DNA from: Verrucomicrobiota bacterium
GTDB lineage: Bacteria; Verrucomicrobiota; Verrucomicrobiia; Limisphaerales; Palsa-1400
Direction: 5' to 3'
Assembly (NCBI GenBank): GCA_050014435.1
Contig: JBEKDI010000006.1
Coordinates: 9,205 to 73,204 of the forward strand
Length of the DNA stretch: 64,000 bases
Shown here: one piece after another, positions 31,381 through 40,128 of the stretch
Layout of the letters: each line of letters opens with the position of its first letter
Position numbering within the stretch: the first letter of the stretch is position 1
Program-made: the position numbers and the translations under genes
The notes under the pieces: generated by a model
The model's database searches: none
Told to the model about the DNA's origin: nothing
What the model saw: the letters and a program-made list of their open reading frames with translations, nothing else

Positions 31381-32838
31381 TTACGCGACCTTGATGACAT
31401 AGCCCGTCCGGGGAGCGCGCCGCAACAGACGATTGGCGTTTTTGTTCTGGATAAACTTCGCCGTGGCTGGGTTGATTCTTAGAACTGCTCCGAGTGTCAC
31501 TTGGGTCTTCTGCAAGTCAACGCCGTTGGCCGCCAAGTGTTCCGCCATGCGCTCGAAGGCGGGCAGCGCGTCCTTGTCGCCTTGGATCTGTTCACGCATC
31601 TCGCCGGGCGGTTGCGCGCGCCCCAGGCGGTAGGAGATATTGGAGATGTGGCAAAGGGCGGCGGAAAGGTGCCCTTCCTCAATGGGTGCATGCAGGTCAC
31701 TGTCGCGCCGGTTGCGCACTGCCTGGATGAAATTCTCGAAATGATTGGTCGCGCCCTCGAAGCTCTTGATTTCCTTGCCGCTTTTGTCAAAGGCCTTTGC
31801 GCTGGTGTAATTGGGCACCAACACATGCCCGCCCTCGCATTCGATAACGACGCCGATTTCCGCACCTTTGTAATTATCCATTTTCGTGGAACCCGTTTTC
31901 TCGGGCAACCCGCGCACTTCCATGATCAGCGGCGCGCGCTTGAAATCGTGAATGGTTATCAAAGTATTGGGAGTCTGGCCGTCGTCGGTGTAACCGAGCC
32001 GGCCGCCCACGGAAAACGCCCTGTAGGACACCGTTTTCTCCCCCAGGAACCAGCGCGCCACATCGACTTCATGAACACCCTGATTTCCCAAGTCGCCCGC
32101 CCCGTAGTCCCAAAACCAGTGCCAGTCATAATGAAACTTCGCGCGTCGCGGCGGCGTCAGCGGCGCGGGGCCGCACCACAAATCGCAATCAACGGTGGCC
32201 GGAACGGGTTGCGGTCCTTCTGTTGTCCCAATGCTGGGCCTCCGCTTGTAACAAATGCCCCGGGCCGCCACAATATTCCCCAACGCCCCATTATTGACCC
32301 ATTCCACCGCTTCTTGAATTCCCTGGCTGGAGCGCGACTGTGTTCCTGCCTGCACGATTTTCCCGTTGCGGAGAGCCGCCGCAATTAATTGCTCCCCTTC
32401 CCAAAAATCGTAAGAAACAGGTTTCTCTACATAAACGTCTCTGCCGCTTTGCATTCCCCAGACGGCGGCCAGGGCGTGCCAATGATTGGGTGTGGCAATG
32501 GATATCGCATCGACATTTTTGGCCTCCAGCAGTTTGCGAATGTCGGTGTAAGCGGCCACCGTCAGGCCGTTCTCCGCGCAATGTTTGACACTGGCGTCGA
32601 GCACGGCGCGGTCCACGTCGCACAAGGCCGTCAGGCGCACGCCGGCGAGCTTGCGCCATTCCTTGATGTGTTCCTTCCCGCGCCCGTTGAATCCGATCAC
32701 CGCCACCCGCACGTCCTGATTGGCCCCCGGCACTTGCGACCAGGAACGCGCCGACAGGCTGATGGCGCCGGCGGCGAAGGCGGCTTGTTTGAGGAAACGG
32801 CGACGGGTGATTGTAGTTCTCATAGAATAGCGCGGCAT
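31381..32838 (-). CDS. Gfo/Idh/MocA family oxidoreductase with Tat signal
   Basis: Twin-arginine signal TRRRFLKQAAFAAGAISL. Rossmann segment VRVAVIGFNGRGKEHI. Starts at ATG 32838 or 32823. The upstream 123 codons of the track ORF are not credible. Confidence 0.9.
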   Translation of the reverse strand: MPRYSMRTTITRRRFLKQAAFAAGAISLSARSWSQVPGANQDVRVAVIGFNGRGKEHIKEWRKLAGVRLTALCDVDRAVLDASVKHCAENGLTVAAYTDIRKLLEAKNVDAISIATPNHWHALAAVWGMQSGRDVYVEKPVSYDFWEGEQLIAAALRNGKIVQAGTQSRSSQGIQEAVEWVNNGALGNIVAARGICYKRRPSIGTTEGPQPVPATVDCDLWCGPAPLTPPRRAKFHYDWHWFWDYGAGDLGNQGVHEVDVARWFLGEKTVSYRAFSVGGRLGYTDDGQTPNTLITIHDFKRAPLIMEVRGLPEKTGSTKMDNYKGAEIGVVIECEGGHVLVPNYTSAKAFDKSGKEIKSFEGATNHFENFIQAVRNRRDSDLHAPIEEGHLSAALCHISNISYRLGRAQPPGEMREQIQGDKDALPAFERMAEHLAANGVDLQKTQVTLGAVLRINPATAKFIQNKNANRLLRRAPRTGYVIKVA

Positions 32839-32860
32839 GCGTGTTTGTTCTTCGACAGGT

Positions 32861-33856
32861 TTAGGGCGTCTTCGTTCGGCTGTATTCTTGATATTGTTCG
32901 GCGACGCCAGCCTGCTGTTCGTCCCCCTTGTGCAGGTAAAAGCGATAACGGAAAGTGACGCTTTGACCCGCCGGGATCGTAAAATCACCCGTTCCCTTCG
33001 GCTTGTTCTCGAAATGATGAACGCCGAATGGATTGGCCGCGAAAAGTCCGTAATCCCGCACATGCCACCAAGTCGGATGCCGTGGATTATCTGGATGATC
33101 GAAAATGGCCATGCCGACGATTTCTCCATTGACTGGCCCGTAATAATCGCACCACTCCGCCCGTTTGCCCCAAGTCTCTGCGTCACGGACGCCGGACGAC
33201 AAAACAATGTGTCCCTCGCCCGGCCCGTCCAGATGCTTCAACCGCATCGTCTCGGCCAACCTTGCCGCCATCGCGCCGTCCTTGTCGTCGCCGAAAACGA
33301 CCGGCCTGTCCGGCGGCGCCTGGAGGGTGACTTCGAAATCAAACAACCGTTGGTCCTCGGGCCGATTGTAAACGCGCAGGGTGCGCACGTCTGTGCAGAT
33401 AATCCTCCCGTCGGGCGCCAGCCAATTGTCGGTGGACCGAATCAGGCCCGATTTCCTGCCGGATTGGATGGCGAGGAATTTCCCATGGACAATCGTGCCG
33501 CCATTGGTGATGCCATCGGTCCAAAAATCGACGCCATCCACACTGGAGTGGGCGTACCAAAGCGAGCGGTGATGATGATGGTCGTGTTGTTCATTGGTGG
33601 TGTTTTCCATCGGCCAGCGCCGGGTCATGGGAACCTCGTCCGGGCCCAGCAGCGGGTAGAAATAAGGCCGCGGCACGTCATGATAGCAGTATTCGGTAAA
33701 AAGCTTTCCGTTGATTTCGACACGAATCTTACTGCCATCCCGCGAGATCCGCACGCCGTTGGAATGGCGACCCTGAGTATGGGCGCAACCCGCCAGCAAG
33801 AACATTCCCAGCATCCCGGCAATGCCGGCCAGGGCAAGAATTGGCTGTGTCTTCAT
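32861..33856 (-). CDS. PmoA-family (DUF6807-like) lipoprotein
   Basis: Lipobox LLAGC. Motifs RPYFYPLLGP and HHHHRSLWYAHSSVDGVDFW, with a C-terminal beta-rich region. This family is commonly paired with Gfo/Idh/MocA genes. Confidence 0.75.
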   Translation of the reverse strand: MKTQPILALAGIAGMLGMFLLAGCAHTQGRHSNGVRISRDGSKIRVEINGKLFTEYCYHDVPRPYFYPLLGPDEVPMTRRWPMENTTNEQHDHHHHRSLWYAHSSVDGVDFWTDGITNGGTIVHGKFLAIQSGRKSGLIRSTDNWLAPDGRIICTDVRTLRVYNRPEDQRLFDFEVTLQAPPDRPVVFGDDKDGAMAARLAETMRLKHLDGPGEGHIVLSSGVRDAETWGKRAEWCDYYGPVNGEIVGMAIFDHPDNPRHPTWWHVRDYGLFAANPFGVHHFENKPKGTGDFTIPAGQSVTFRYRFYLHKGDEQQAGVAEQYQEYSRTKTP

Positions 33857-34413
33857 GCCCCGATTATTGGAAGCGAGACAGCCGGATGGCCAGTAAAAAC
33901 TTTAATCAAGCTTGGCTCGCATCACTAGCACGCCGGTCCGGCGAACCGCCAAACCTCGGAGAACCCAAGCTATGGTACCGACGGAGGGGGTCGAAGCCAA
34001 ATTAAGGGTTTTCGTCCTCCTGCGTAAATGTGCGTCTTGACCGCATGAATAAAGGAGATCATGCACTTTTTTTCAGTGACCGTCAAGAAGGCGTTTCGCG
34101 CACCAAAACGCACCAAAACGTGCATTGAGTGTAACAACATTGTAACAACAAAACGAACGCGATACGATGTGGGTGGAAAACCCACGGCACTCATTTCGAC
34201 CACTGTAACAACAAATCCTTCTTGAATCAACCGTGCCCTGTCCGTTTCGCTTGGCGGAAACGAATATATTTTAGTAAATAAATACCGCTTTTCCAGCTAT
34301 TTGAAAAATAGCCCTGGATAACTCGGTTTGCGGCACGGGCGAATTTATATTTATGTAGTCTTGCATATCAGACACCAATTGACTTCCAGTCCGATATAGA
34401 GGACACTAAACCC

Positions 34414-34731
34414 ATGTCGCAAAAGATTGCCTCCATGCCATTGCCCGCCGACCGTGCGCTTCGCAAGTTGGGCCGCGACCTCGCGCTTGCGCGGCGCAAG
34501 CGCGGCATCGCCACCGGCGACATGGCCGCGCGGCTCTTTGTCAGCCGTGATACGCTATGGCGGCTTGAACGCGGCGACCCGACCGTTGCACTCGGCACTT
34601 TGGTAACGGCCACCTTCATTCTTAATTTGCACGAACGACTCGCAAATCTACTGGCACCTGCCAGCGACGACCTTGGCTTGAGTCTGGATGAGCGCCGCCT
34701 GCCGCAACGAATTCGTCGCCACAAATCATGA
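34414..34731 (+). CDS. hipB: HipB-like XRE-family antitoxin
   Basis: The HTH LALARRKRGIATGDMAARLFVSRDTLWRLERG is present. Its stop overlaps the hipA start (ATGA at 34728-34731). Confidence 0.8.
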   Translation: MSQKIASMPLPADRALRKLGRDLALARRKRGIATGDMAARLFVSRDTLWRLERGDPTVALGTLVTATFILNLHERLANLLAPASDDLGLSLDERRLPQRIRRHKS

Positions 34732-35957
34732 GCATGGAAGTCCATATTGATTGGCAGGGCGAAACCCTTTTGGTGGGACGGCTTCACGCCGCTGAACGCG
34801 GTTCATCCGTTTCGTTTGAGTATGACGCCGGATGGCTTCAGCGTGACGCCGCCTTCGCGATTGATCCCACCTCGCTCCCCTTGCAACGCGGCGCGCATCA
34901 TGGGACAACGCTTTTCGGCGCGATTCACGATTGCGGACCTGACCGTTGGGGGCGCGTCCTGATTGAACGGGCTGTCCGTAAAAAGGTTCTCGCTCAAAAG
35001 CCGTATCACGAAATTGATTATGTGCTGGCGCTGGACGATGCGTCGCGCATCGGTGCGCTGCGCTTCCGGCTCGATGCCGCCAGTCCATTTCTCGCGGCCA
35101 CCACCGGAAAGCTCCCGCCATTGGTTCGACTCAACGCCCTTCTGCGCGCCACCGACGCAATTCACAGCGAGACGGAGACCGCCCAGGATTTACGCTTCCT
35201 GCTCGGCGCAGGTTCACCGCTCGGTGGTGCCCGGCCAAAATCAGCCGTCGCCCTGGCCGATGACCGGCTCGCCATCGCAAAGTTTCCAAAACCTGATGAC
35301 ACCCGCGACATTGCGGCAGGCGAAACTCTCGCGCTTACACTTGCGGCACAAGCTGGCGTCCAAGTCGCGGAACATCGGCTCGTATCGGTGGGCAGCCAAA
35401 GCGTCGCCATCATCACCCGATTTGATCGCGCGGGAAAAACCCGCATCCCATTCATCTCTGCGGCCAGCTTGCTGGGTTTGCCCCAAGGTGAGCTTGGTGC
35501 CTACACGATGCTGGCGGATGGCATCCGTCAATTCGGCAGCGACGTTGGCGGCGACCTCCGCGAATTGTGGCGTCGCCTCGTCTTCTCGCTGCTCGCCAGC
35601 AACTACGACGACCATCTCCGTAATCATGGTTTCCTGATGCACGAACCGGGACGCTGGTCGCTTTCACCAGCCTATGACCTCAACCCGGTGCCGGAAATGG
35701 ATCGTGCCCGCGTGAGTAAGACCGCGATTACCGAGAGCCAGGAAGAACCGACCATCGCCAGTGCGCTAATGGCTGCCACCCGTTTTGGTCTCAAGGCAGC
35801 CGAGTCGAAGAAAATTCTTCGGGAAGTGTTCAATGTCGTTTCTGGCTGGCACAAGACCGGACGACAATTACGCATCAAGGCGGCTACGCTCGACGCCTAC
35901 GCCAGTGCCTTTGAGCATCCGCTCATGGATGAAGCCAGAAACGTAATCGGAAAATAA
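34728..35957 (+). CDS. hipA: HipA-family serine/threonine kinase toxin
   Basis: N-terminal coupling domain (LLVGRLHAAERGSSVSFEYDAGWL). GAGSPLGGARPK P-loop-like motif. The catalytic region is LASNYDDHLRNHGFL...LSPAYDLNP. Confidence 0.9.
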   Translation: MSMEVHIDWQGETLLVGRLHAAERGSSVSFEYDAGWLQRDAAFAIDPTSLPLQRGAHHGTTLFGAIHDCGPDRWGRVLIERAVRKKVLAQKPYHEIDYVLALDDASRIGALRFRLDAASPFLAATTGKLPPLVRLNALLRATDAIHSETETAQDLRFLLGAGSPLGGARPKSAVALADDRLAIAKFPKPDDTRDIAAGETLALTLAAQAGVQVAEHRLVSVGSQSVAIITRFDRAGKTRIPFISAASLLGLPQGELGAYTMLADGIRQFGSDVGGDLRELWRRLVFSLLASNYDDHLRNHGFLMHEPGRWSLSPAYDLNPVPEMDRARVSKTAITESQEEPTIASALMAATRFGLKAAESKKILREVFNVVSGWHKTGRQLRIKAATLDAYASAFEHPLMDEARNVIGK

Positions 35958-36050
35958 ATATGGTTCCGCCGTGACCAACGCGCTTTCTTGCTCCACTTCA
36001 CCGGCCGCTGTTCGGCCAAATCCCCTCACAACCGCGCCGGTTCCGTTCCG

Positions 36051-36076
36051 CAAAAAAGCGCGCTCGTCACGAGCGC
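36051..36076 (-). terminator. rho-independent terminator for the Gabija-like operon
   Basis: On the minus strand GCGCTCG-TGA-CGAGCGC (7-bp stem) is followed by GCTTTTTTG. It lies ~200 nt past the gajB-like stop. Confidence 0.6.
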
Positions 36077-36271
36077 ATTTCAAATGCCGAATGATCGGCG
36101 GCTTTCCGCCTGCGGTTCCGCGACGGTCGTTTCGCTCCGGCTCCGTTCCCGCCGTCTCTCCGCCTCCACTTCACTTTCCCGTTCGCCGAACCGCAGGCCG
36201 AAGCCTTCGGTGGATCGCAGGAGAACTCATGCTTATGCAGCCCAGCCCTAACAGCTTCATGGAACTCATCT

Positions 36272-37306
36272 TCACGCGGATTTGAATTTCTTGAACATCT
36301 GGTCAGATACCAGATACAAATTCCCGCGAGTCCTTGAACACGCGACGTAAAGCTTATTTCTCGTCTGAGGGGCCACGGTATTCAGAACATTATTTTTAAA
36401 CGCCTTGTATGCGGTGCCATTCAGGACCACACAAACATCTTGGTAATGGTCAGCGCCTTTGGAACTGCCCCAGTTTTCAGAATAGCACCCATACTTGTGA
36501 TGTTCTTGGTAGAAAAGTTTAACGGTTTTTTCGCAAGCGTGAAAACGATCTACATCACCTTGCCGCTCCAGAAAAATAACATCGGTCAACTTGGTGGAGT
36601 TTGAATAAATCTCAATTCCAAGTTGTTCGCGTATAAAACTGCACACGGCCTGACTGCACCTGTGGCTCTTTGCTAAGGACGTCGTGTCCACCACGAGTCC
36701 AGCTTTCACAAAGCGCGCCTTGTATCGTTCGTAGTCATCGTGAAGTGTTCTGTTAGTAGCTCCGTCTCGACTTGTATCAAACGTGTGTTGATGAAAGTCA
36801 CCAACAAGCATTAGGTCAACGTTGCAGCGGCATATCGCCATCAGCAAATCAAAATCGTGGCCGCCGAAATCCTGCACTTCGTCGACACAAATTACATCGA
36901 CGTATTTTTCCAATCGTTGCAACAAATCGGTTATCGCTCCCTTGGCGTCTAACAGTTTGGCAATTCGGTTGTGATAAAGCCGGCGGTGGTTGTCGACATA
37001 AAAAGCATCGGCTGTCCTTGGCAATTTTTGCGTCCACACAGGCGGATTCTCATAGTTAATCCCTCTAGTTCGCATTTGCATGAGAAGGAATGGTCGATAG
37101 CAAAACGTGTGCAGAAAAGTGAAATAGGAATATAGGGAGATGTTTGATGGGGAAAACCCAAACCGTTCAATAATTCTGCGACGAAGCGTCGAGAGATTGT
37201 TGTCAGTAAACGTAACAAGCAGAAACCGCCTCTTAAGATCGAGGCTGTTGACGATATGCGTTGTCTTGCCCGACCCCGCAACGGCAAACGTTACTTTTTT
37301 ATCCAC
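36272..37306 (-). CDS. gajB: short UvrD-like helicase (GajB-like)
   Basis: Walker A AVAGSGKTT, DEVQD Walker B/motif II, C-terminal VACSRTRGNLYL. It overlaps the upstream OLD-nuclease gene by 16 nt. At 344 aa it is much shorter than typical UvrD or GajB. Confidence 0.7.
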   Translation of the reverse strand: MDKKVTFAVAGSGKTTHIVNSLDLKRRFLLVTFTDNNLSTLRRRIIERFGFSPSNISLYSYFTFLHTFCYRPFLLMQMRTRGINYENPPVWTQKLPRTADAFYVDNHRRLYHNRIAKLLDAKGAITDLLQRLEKYVDVICVDEVQDFGGHDFDLLMAICRCNVDLMLVGDFHQHTFDTSRDGATNRTLHDDYERYKARFVKAGLVVDTTSLAKSHRCSQAVCSFIREQLGIEIYSNSTKLTDVIFLERQGDVDRFHACEKTVKLFYQEHHKYGCYSENWGSSKGADHYQDVCVVLNGTAYKAFKNNVLNTVAPQTRNKLYVACSRTRGNLYLVSDQMFKKFKSA

Positions 37307-38865
37307 GCGATGGCTTCTTGGATGTATGCTGGCGCGACGAGCACCGCTTCTTTCTTGTCCAGAAGTTCAAATGCGGCGTCGGCTTTATTGTTAAGCATGT
37401 AGTCTTGAACAGACAGCTTCACACGGCCGGGCTGGAAGAGTTCGTCACACGCAGCTTTGTTTGCATCGTAGAAGCAAATCTCAAATGTCCGCTTCACTGG
37501 GTCTTTGTCAGAAAAAACTTGTATGCGTTCACTTACGTAGTCGGCATAGGCTTTTACACAATTCTTCTCAAAATCAGAATCGTTATCGCGCACGACCGCC
37601 GTCTTGATGCCCAGCAGCTTCGCCAAACCCAAATAGCGTTTAAAGCTCGTTCCTCCGACAGATATTACATGCACTCCATCCGTCTCCAAAGTGGAGTTTC
37701 CTGGCTGCTTCTTATAGAGCGCATCGAACAAGATGAATTCAGCGTCCCCTTCGACTAGGATTACTTTGCTCGACAGCACGAATTCGAGAACATTGTTGTC
37801 CGGTGCTTTGATGAAAAACTTGGCTGTGTCTTCCGGCAAGTCTTTCAAGAAGGCTGGCTTTGCCACGAGGCTGTTCATAAGAATCGCCTTTCGCAAGTCA
37901 AGGCGCGTGCAGATGAGGCTGTTGTGGGTAGCAATGAAGAGCTGCTTCTTCTCCGACGCCGAGATCCGGTCAATCAGCTTCTTCATGTTGGTATGGCTGA
38001 GATGATTCTCCGGTTCTTCAAGAAGCATAACATCCAAGTCCTGCTCCTTCCGGAGGGCGAACTCTGTTTTGATGAAGCACTGGCGGCCTTTGCCTTTGCT
38101 TTCAATCGGCAGATTGTTCTCGGAAATTATGAGATCCGTCTCCAGATTCGATTTCGAGTTAGTCCTGACCCCGAATTTGTATGAATCCAGTTTTTGGTTG
38201 AGCTCGGCTAGGGCCTTGTCCTTAAATTCCGTTTTGCTTTTCCGATAGAGATACTCATTCTTGTTTTGCTCCATGACTGTCGCGTTGGAGCTGTAGATTG
38301 ATTTTGTGTATTCCCGCATCGCGTAATCGTTGTTAATCTGTGAACTGTCGATGACCAGATGCTTGAGGTGTTTCTTGAACCCCGAATACGGCAATCCTGC
38401 AAAAGTGTCGAACGTAACCGTGTAATATTCGAACGGGAAATTGGAAGCCGGGTCGTTTAGAACCTCAGAAACTTGTTCGCTGTAATCATCGTTGGGGCTA
38501 CATTCAAGCCGCAATCCGTCACAGACAATGCCTTTGGAGTTGTTTTTTCCATTCAGCTCAACCTTGCCTTGTTCAGACAAATAAATCTCCACGAACAGTG
38601 TGGGAAGCTGGTCGATTTTTTTCTCACCTGCCAAAAAAATGGCTACGACTTCGTTGTTGAAAAGCGCTTCCAACCCAATCGTTTCAATCTTGCTCCTGCT
38701 TCCGCCAAGGGCGAGATCGAGAGCGAGCAATACAGAGCTTTTGCCAGATTCGTTATCGCCGATGAGAATGTTCAGTTCGTCATCGAACTCAAGTTCGAGA
38801 TTCTTGAAGCGCTTAAAGTTTGACAGGATGACTTTCTTTATTGTCTTCATGTTGCTTTCTGCCAT
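37291..38865 (-). CDS. gajA: OLD-family ATP-dependent endonuclease (GajA-like)
   Basis: N-terminal ABC/AAA_15-type ATPase (ILIGDNESGKSSVLLAL; LLEEPENHLS). C-terminal Toprim (VILVEGDAEFILF ... VVRDNDSD). Confidence 0.85.
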   Translation of the reverse strand: MAESNMKTIKKVILSNFKRFKNLELEFDDELNILIGDNESGKSSVLLALDLALGGSRSKIETIGLEALFNNEVVAIFLAGEKKIDQLPTLFVEIYLSEQGKVELNGKNNSKGIVCDGLRLECSPNDDYSEQVSEVLNDPASNFPFEYYTVTFDTFAGLPYSGFKKHLKHLVIDSSQINNDYAMREYTKSIYSSNATVMEQNKNEYLYRKSKTEFKDKALAELNQKLDSYKFGVRTNSKSNLETDLIISENNLPIESKGKGRQCFIKTEFALRKEQDLDVMLLEEPENHLSHTNMKKLIDRISASEKKQLFIATHNSLICTRLDLRKAILMNSLVAKPAFLKDLPEDTAKFFIKAPDNNVLEFVLSSKVILVEGDAEFILFDALYKKQPGNSTLETDGVHVISVGGTSFKRYLGLAKLLGIKTAVVRDNDSDFEKNCVKAYADYVSERIQVFSDKDPVKRTFEICFYDANKAACDELFQPGRVKLSVQDYMLNNKADAAFELLDKKEAVLVAPAYIQEAIAWIKK

Positions 38866-39235
38866 TCGTGTGCCAGCGAACTGTATCAGACCCGGCCTTT
38901 GACGTAAACTTTACGCATCGGTTTCGACTCCTCAACCGCATCGCGAGTTCACCCGGCGCGCGAAGGCGGGCGGTGTGCATGGCGTCTAACACGACGCTGG
39001 TCATCCACCGATGAAGTATTCCGTTGAATTCATCCCGTCTGCACCCGCGCCTCTGGTTGCTCCGCGCAACATCGCGCCGGCGGCCGCAACATTTTTGCGC
39101 CCGCCGTCACTCAGTTGCTGATGCTCCGCTGCCCGGCGGCGCGGGCACAGCCGGGTGCGTTTTGTCAGGAGCGGTCCTGCTCTCTCCGGGCGGGTGAAGA
39201 GAGCAGTCCCGCTCCTTCAGAACAAAACGCAAAAC

Positions 39236-39775
39236 ATGAATACAACCGAAAACCTCATCGCCACTGGAAGCCCCGCTCCGAAACCCGTCAACCAACTCGT
39301 CAAGCCGGTAAAATTCCCGGCTCAACCGCAGGAATGGAAAATCGTTTCATTGAGGGAATGTCCCACACCCGACACACTGCAACATTGTGAAACGCCGGAT
39401 CAGGCAGCCGCCTATTGGAAAACGCATATCGCAACTCATCCATACTTCAATCCTGAATGTGAATGTTTGGTGGTGTTCATCCTCAACACCCGCCGACGCA
39501 TTAAAGGTCACTACTTGGTGTCCATTGGCACGATGGATACAATCCTTTGTCACCCGAGGGAAATTTTCAGGTTGGCAATAATGGCCAGTGCTGCCGCTAT
39601 CATTCTCGCGCATTCTCACCCGAGCGGAGACCCAACTCCATCGGAAGCCGACATAAAAATCACCCGTGACCTCATTCGAGCCGGTCAACTTCTAAAAATA
39701 GAAGTTCTCGACCACATCGTAATTGGAAATCCAAATCATTCCAGCCTTCGCAGTCTTGGCTATTTTTTCTCCTAG
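39236..39775 (+). CDS. radC: RadC-like JAB/JAMM domain protein
   Basis: HSHPSGDPTPSEADIKITRDL is the JAMM motif. The C-terminal VLDHIVIG fits the family. ATG at 39236. Confidence 0.85.
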   Translation: MNTTENLIATGSPAPKPVNQLVKPVKFPAQPQEWKIVSLRECPTPDTLQHCETPDQAAAYWKTHIATHPYFNPECECLVVFILNTRRRIKGHYLVSIGTMDTILCHPREIFRLAIMASAAAIILAHSHPSGDPTPSEADIKITRDLIRAGQLLKIEVLDHIVIGNPNHSSLRSLGYFFS

Positions 39776-39845
39776 CCGATAACGGCTTCCGAGAAATCGG
39801 AGGCCATTTTTATCTTCGTCGTGCACCGGCACCGGGCAGATTTTC

Positions 39846-40115
39846 TCATTCCTGGCCTTTTTCAGCGCGTTTCGACAGGTCTTTCTTTTCCGCAATCACA
39901 ATTTCTGTAACGAACGGCTGGCCTTGCTCAATCAAAGACCATTGGTGACTGGGCAATGTCTTCAGCAGCGATAACTGCTTCCGCTGCATGATCGTCTCGA
40001 TTCGCTCCAAGGAATCGCCACGAACCGACACTTCGTGCGTGACGAAAACCAGACGTAGTTGCTGGTGCTCGCCATAAGGCTTCAGATCGGCATAAACGAA
40101 CTGGTCAAACGGCAT
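39846..40115 (-). CDS. hypothetical protein downstream of the relaxase
   Basis: An internal ATG at 40115 avoids the 74-nt overlap with the relaxase 3' end. No family recognised. Confidence 0.4.
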   Translation of the reverse strand: MPFDQFVYADLKPYGEHQQLRLVFVTHEVSVRGDSLERIETIMQRKQLSLLKTLPSHQWSLIEQGQPFVTEIVIAEKKDLSKRAEKGQE

Positions 40116-40128
40116 CAATAAATGCTCG

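Noticed and set aside
33970-34230. 86-aa minus-strand ORF in the island-edge region
   Set aside because: It is built from the TGTAACAACA/CACCAAAACG DNA repeats (VVTMLL.., VLVRFGA..). No start context or family is evident.
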